From positions 5,278,972 to 5,325,852 of the forward strand of contig NC_057758.1 in assembly GCF_004010195.1 (NCBI RefSeq): 46,881 nt of DNA, in the 5' to 3' direction. Shown piece after piece: positions 45,606 to 46,881 of this stretch. The DNA is from Chiloscyllium plagiosum. Lineage: Eukaryota. Each line of letters begins with the position of its first letter. Within the stretch, counting starts at the first letter, position 1. The translations under genes and the position numbers were made by a program. Under the pieces are notes generated by a model. The model did no database searches. It worked only from the letters and a program-made list of their open reading frames with translations, and had not been told where the DNA came from.

Positions 45606-46881
45606 TTGTTGTGGTTCTGTTTGCTGAGCTGGGAATTTGTGTTGCAGACGTTTCGTCCCCTGTCTAGGTGACATCCTCAGTGCTTGGGAGCCTCCTGTGA
45701 AGCGCTTCCGCGATGTTTCCTCTGGCATTTATGGTGGTTTGTCTCTGCCGCTTCCGGTTGTCACTTCCACCTGTCTTCTGCAGTGGCCGGTATACTAGGT
45801 CCAGGTCGATGTGCTTATTGATTGAATCTGTGGATAAGTGCCATGCCTCGAGGAATTCCCTGGCCGTTCTCTGTTTGGCTTGTCCTATAATTGAAGTGTT
45901 GTCCCATTCGAACTCATGTTGCTTGTCATCTGAGTGTGTGGCTACTAAGGATAGCTGGTCGTGTCGTTTCGTGGCGAGTTGTTGTTCATGGATGCGGATC
46001 GTTAGCTATCTTCCTGTTTGTCCTATGTAGTGTTTTGTGCAGTCCTTGCATGGGATTTTATACACTGCATTGGTTTTGCTCATGCTGGGTATCGGGCCCT
46101 TCGTCCTGGTGAGTTGTTATCTGAGAGTGGCTGTTTTTTTGTGTGCTTTTATGAGTCCTAGTGGTCGCAGCAGTCTGGCTGTCAGTTCATAAATGTTTTT
46201 GATGTATGGTAATGTGGCTAGTCCTTTGGGTTGTGGCATGTCCTCATTCCGTTGTCTTTCCCTTAGGCATCTGTTGATGAAACTGCAGGGGGATCCGTTT
46301 TTGGCAAATACATTGCACAGGTGTTCTTCTTCCGATTTTTGCAGTTCTGCTGTACTGCAGTTTGTTGTGGCCCTTTTGAACAGTATCTTGATGCAACTTC
46401 TTTTGTGTGTATTGAGGTGGTTGGTTTCGTAGTTTAGGACTTGGTCTGTGTGTGTGGCTTTCCTGTATACCTTTGTGGTGAATTCTCCGTTCGGTGTTCT
46501 CTGTAACATCACGTCTCAGAATGGGAGTTGGTTGTCCTTTTCTTCCTCTCTAGTGAATCGGATTCCTGTGTGTAGTGTTGATGATCCGGTATGTGTTCTC
46601 TATTTCTGTGTTTTTAATGATTACAAAGGTCTTATCCACATATCTGAGCCAGAGTTTGAGTTGAATTTGCAGGAAGACTGTTTGTTCGAACCTTTGCATT
46701 ACTGCTTCTGCTATGAGTCCAGAGATTGGTGAGCCCATGGGTGTGCCGTTGATTTGTTCATATATTTGGCTGTTGAATGTGAAGTATGTTGTGAGGCACA
46801 GGTCCAGTATTTTGAGTATGCACTCTTTGTTGATCGGTTCCCGGTCTTGTTGTCTGTTCTGTATGTCCAGCAGGTTGGCTA
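45606..46881 (-). mobile_element. Mirror copy of the Poseidon-type Penelope element
   Basis: MGSPISGLIAEAVMQ..RYVDKTF and VYRKATHTDQVL; carries extra stop codons relative to the left-arm copy. Confidence 0.93.
45644..45683 (-). ncRNA. Minimal hammerhead ribozyme (Poseidon pLTR)
   Basis: GCA-CUGAGGA-U-GUCACCU-agac-AGGGGAC-GAAA-C-GUC-UGC. Confidence 0.75.

Larger units (their letters stand above)
40417..46881 (-). repeat. Right arm of the large inverted segmental duplication; runs to the window edge and contains mirrored CR1s at ~40417-42150 and ~43490-45335
   Basis: The last bases are the reverse complement of 31684 onward (tagccaacctgctggac). The first bases after the gap are the reverse complement of 38152-38193. 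Confidence 0.95.

Overview
Eukaryotic, repeat-dominated scaffold window with five N-gaps. It is very probably from a shark, inferred from HE1-type tRNA-derived SINEs and shark-type CR1 and Penelope families. I found no intact host gene. Contents: a decayed gamma-like (HERV-I-related) endogenous retrovirus (LTR-gag-pro-pol-env') at ~6.2-12.6 kb; many CR1/L2/Rex1 LINE fragments; three HE1 SINEs; Penelope-like elements of at least three families whose pseudo-LTRs carry minimal hammerhead ribozymes; a Harbinger Myb/SANT remnant in an inverted pair; and minisatellites. The most striking structures are (i) a >=15 kb imperfect palindrome (arms 31684-38193 and 40417-46881) centred on a head-to-head pair of RT-less, GIY-YIG-retaining mini-Penelope elements, and (ii) a 188-bp fold-back palindrome inside the ERV RNase H. 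Repeat boundaries are approximate, identities are estimated by eye, and family names come from recalled motifs rather than database searches.
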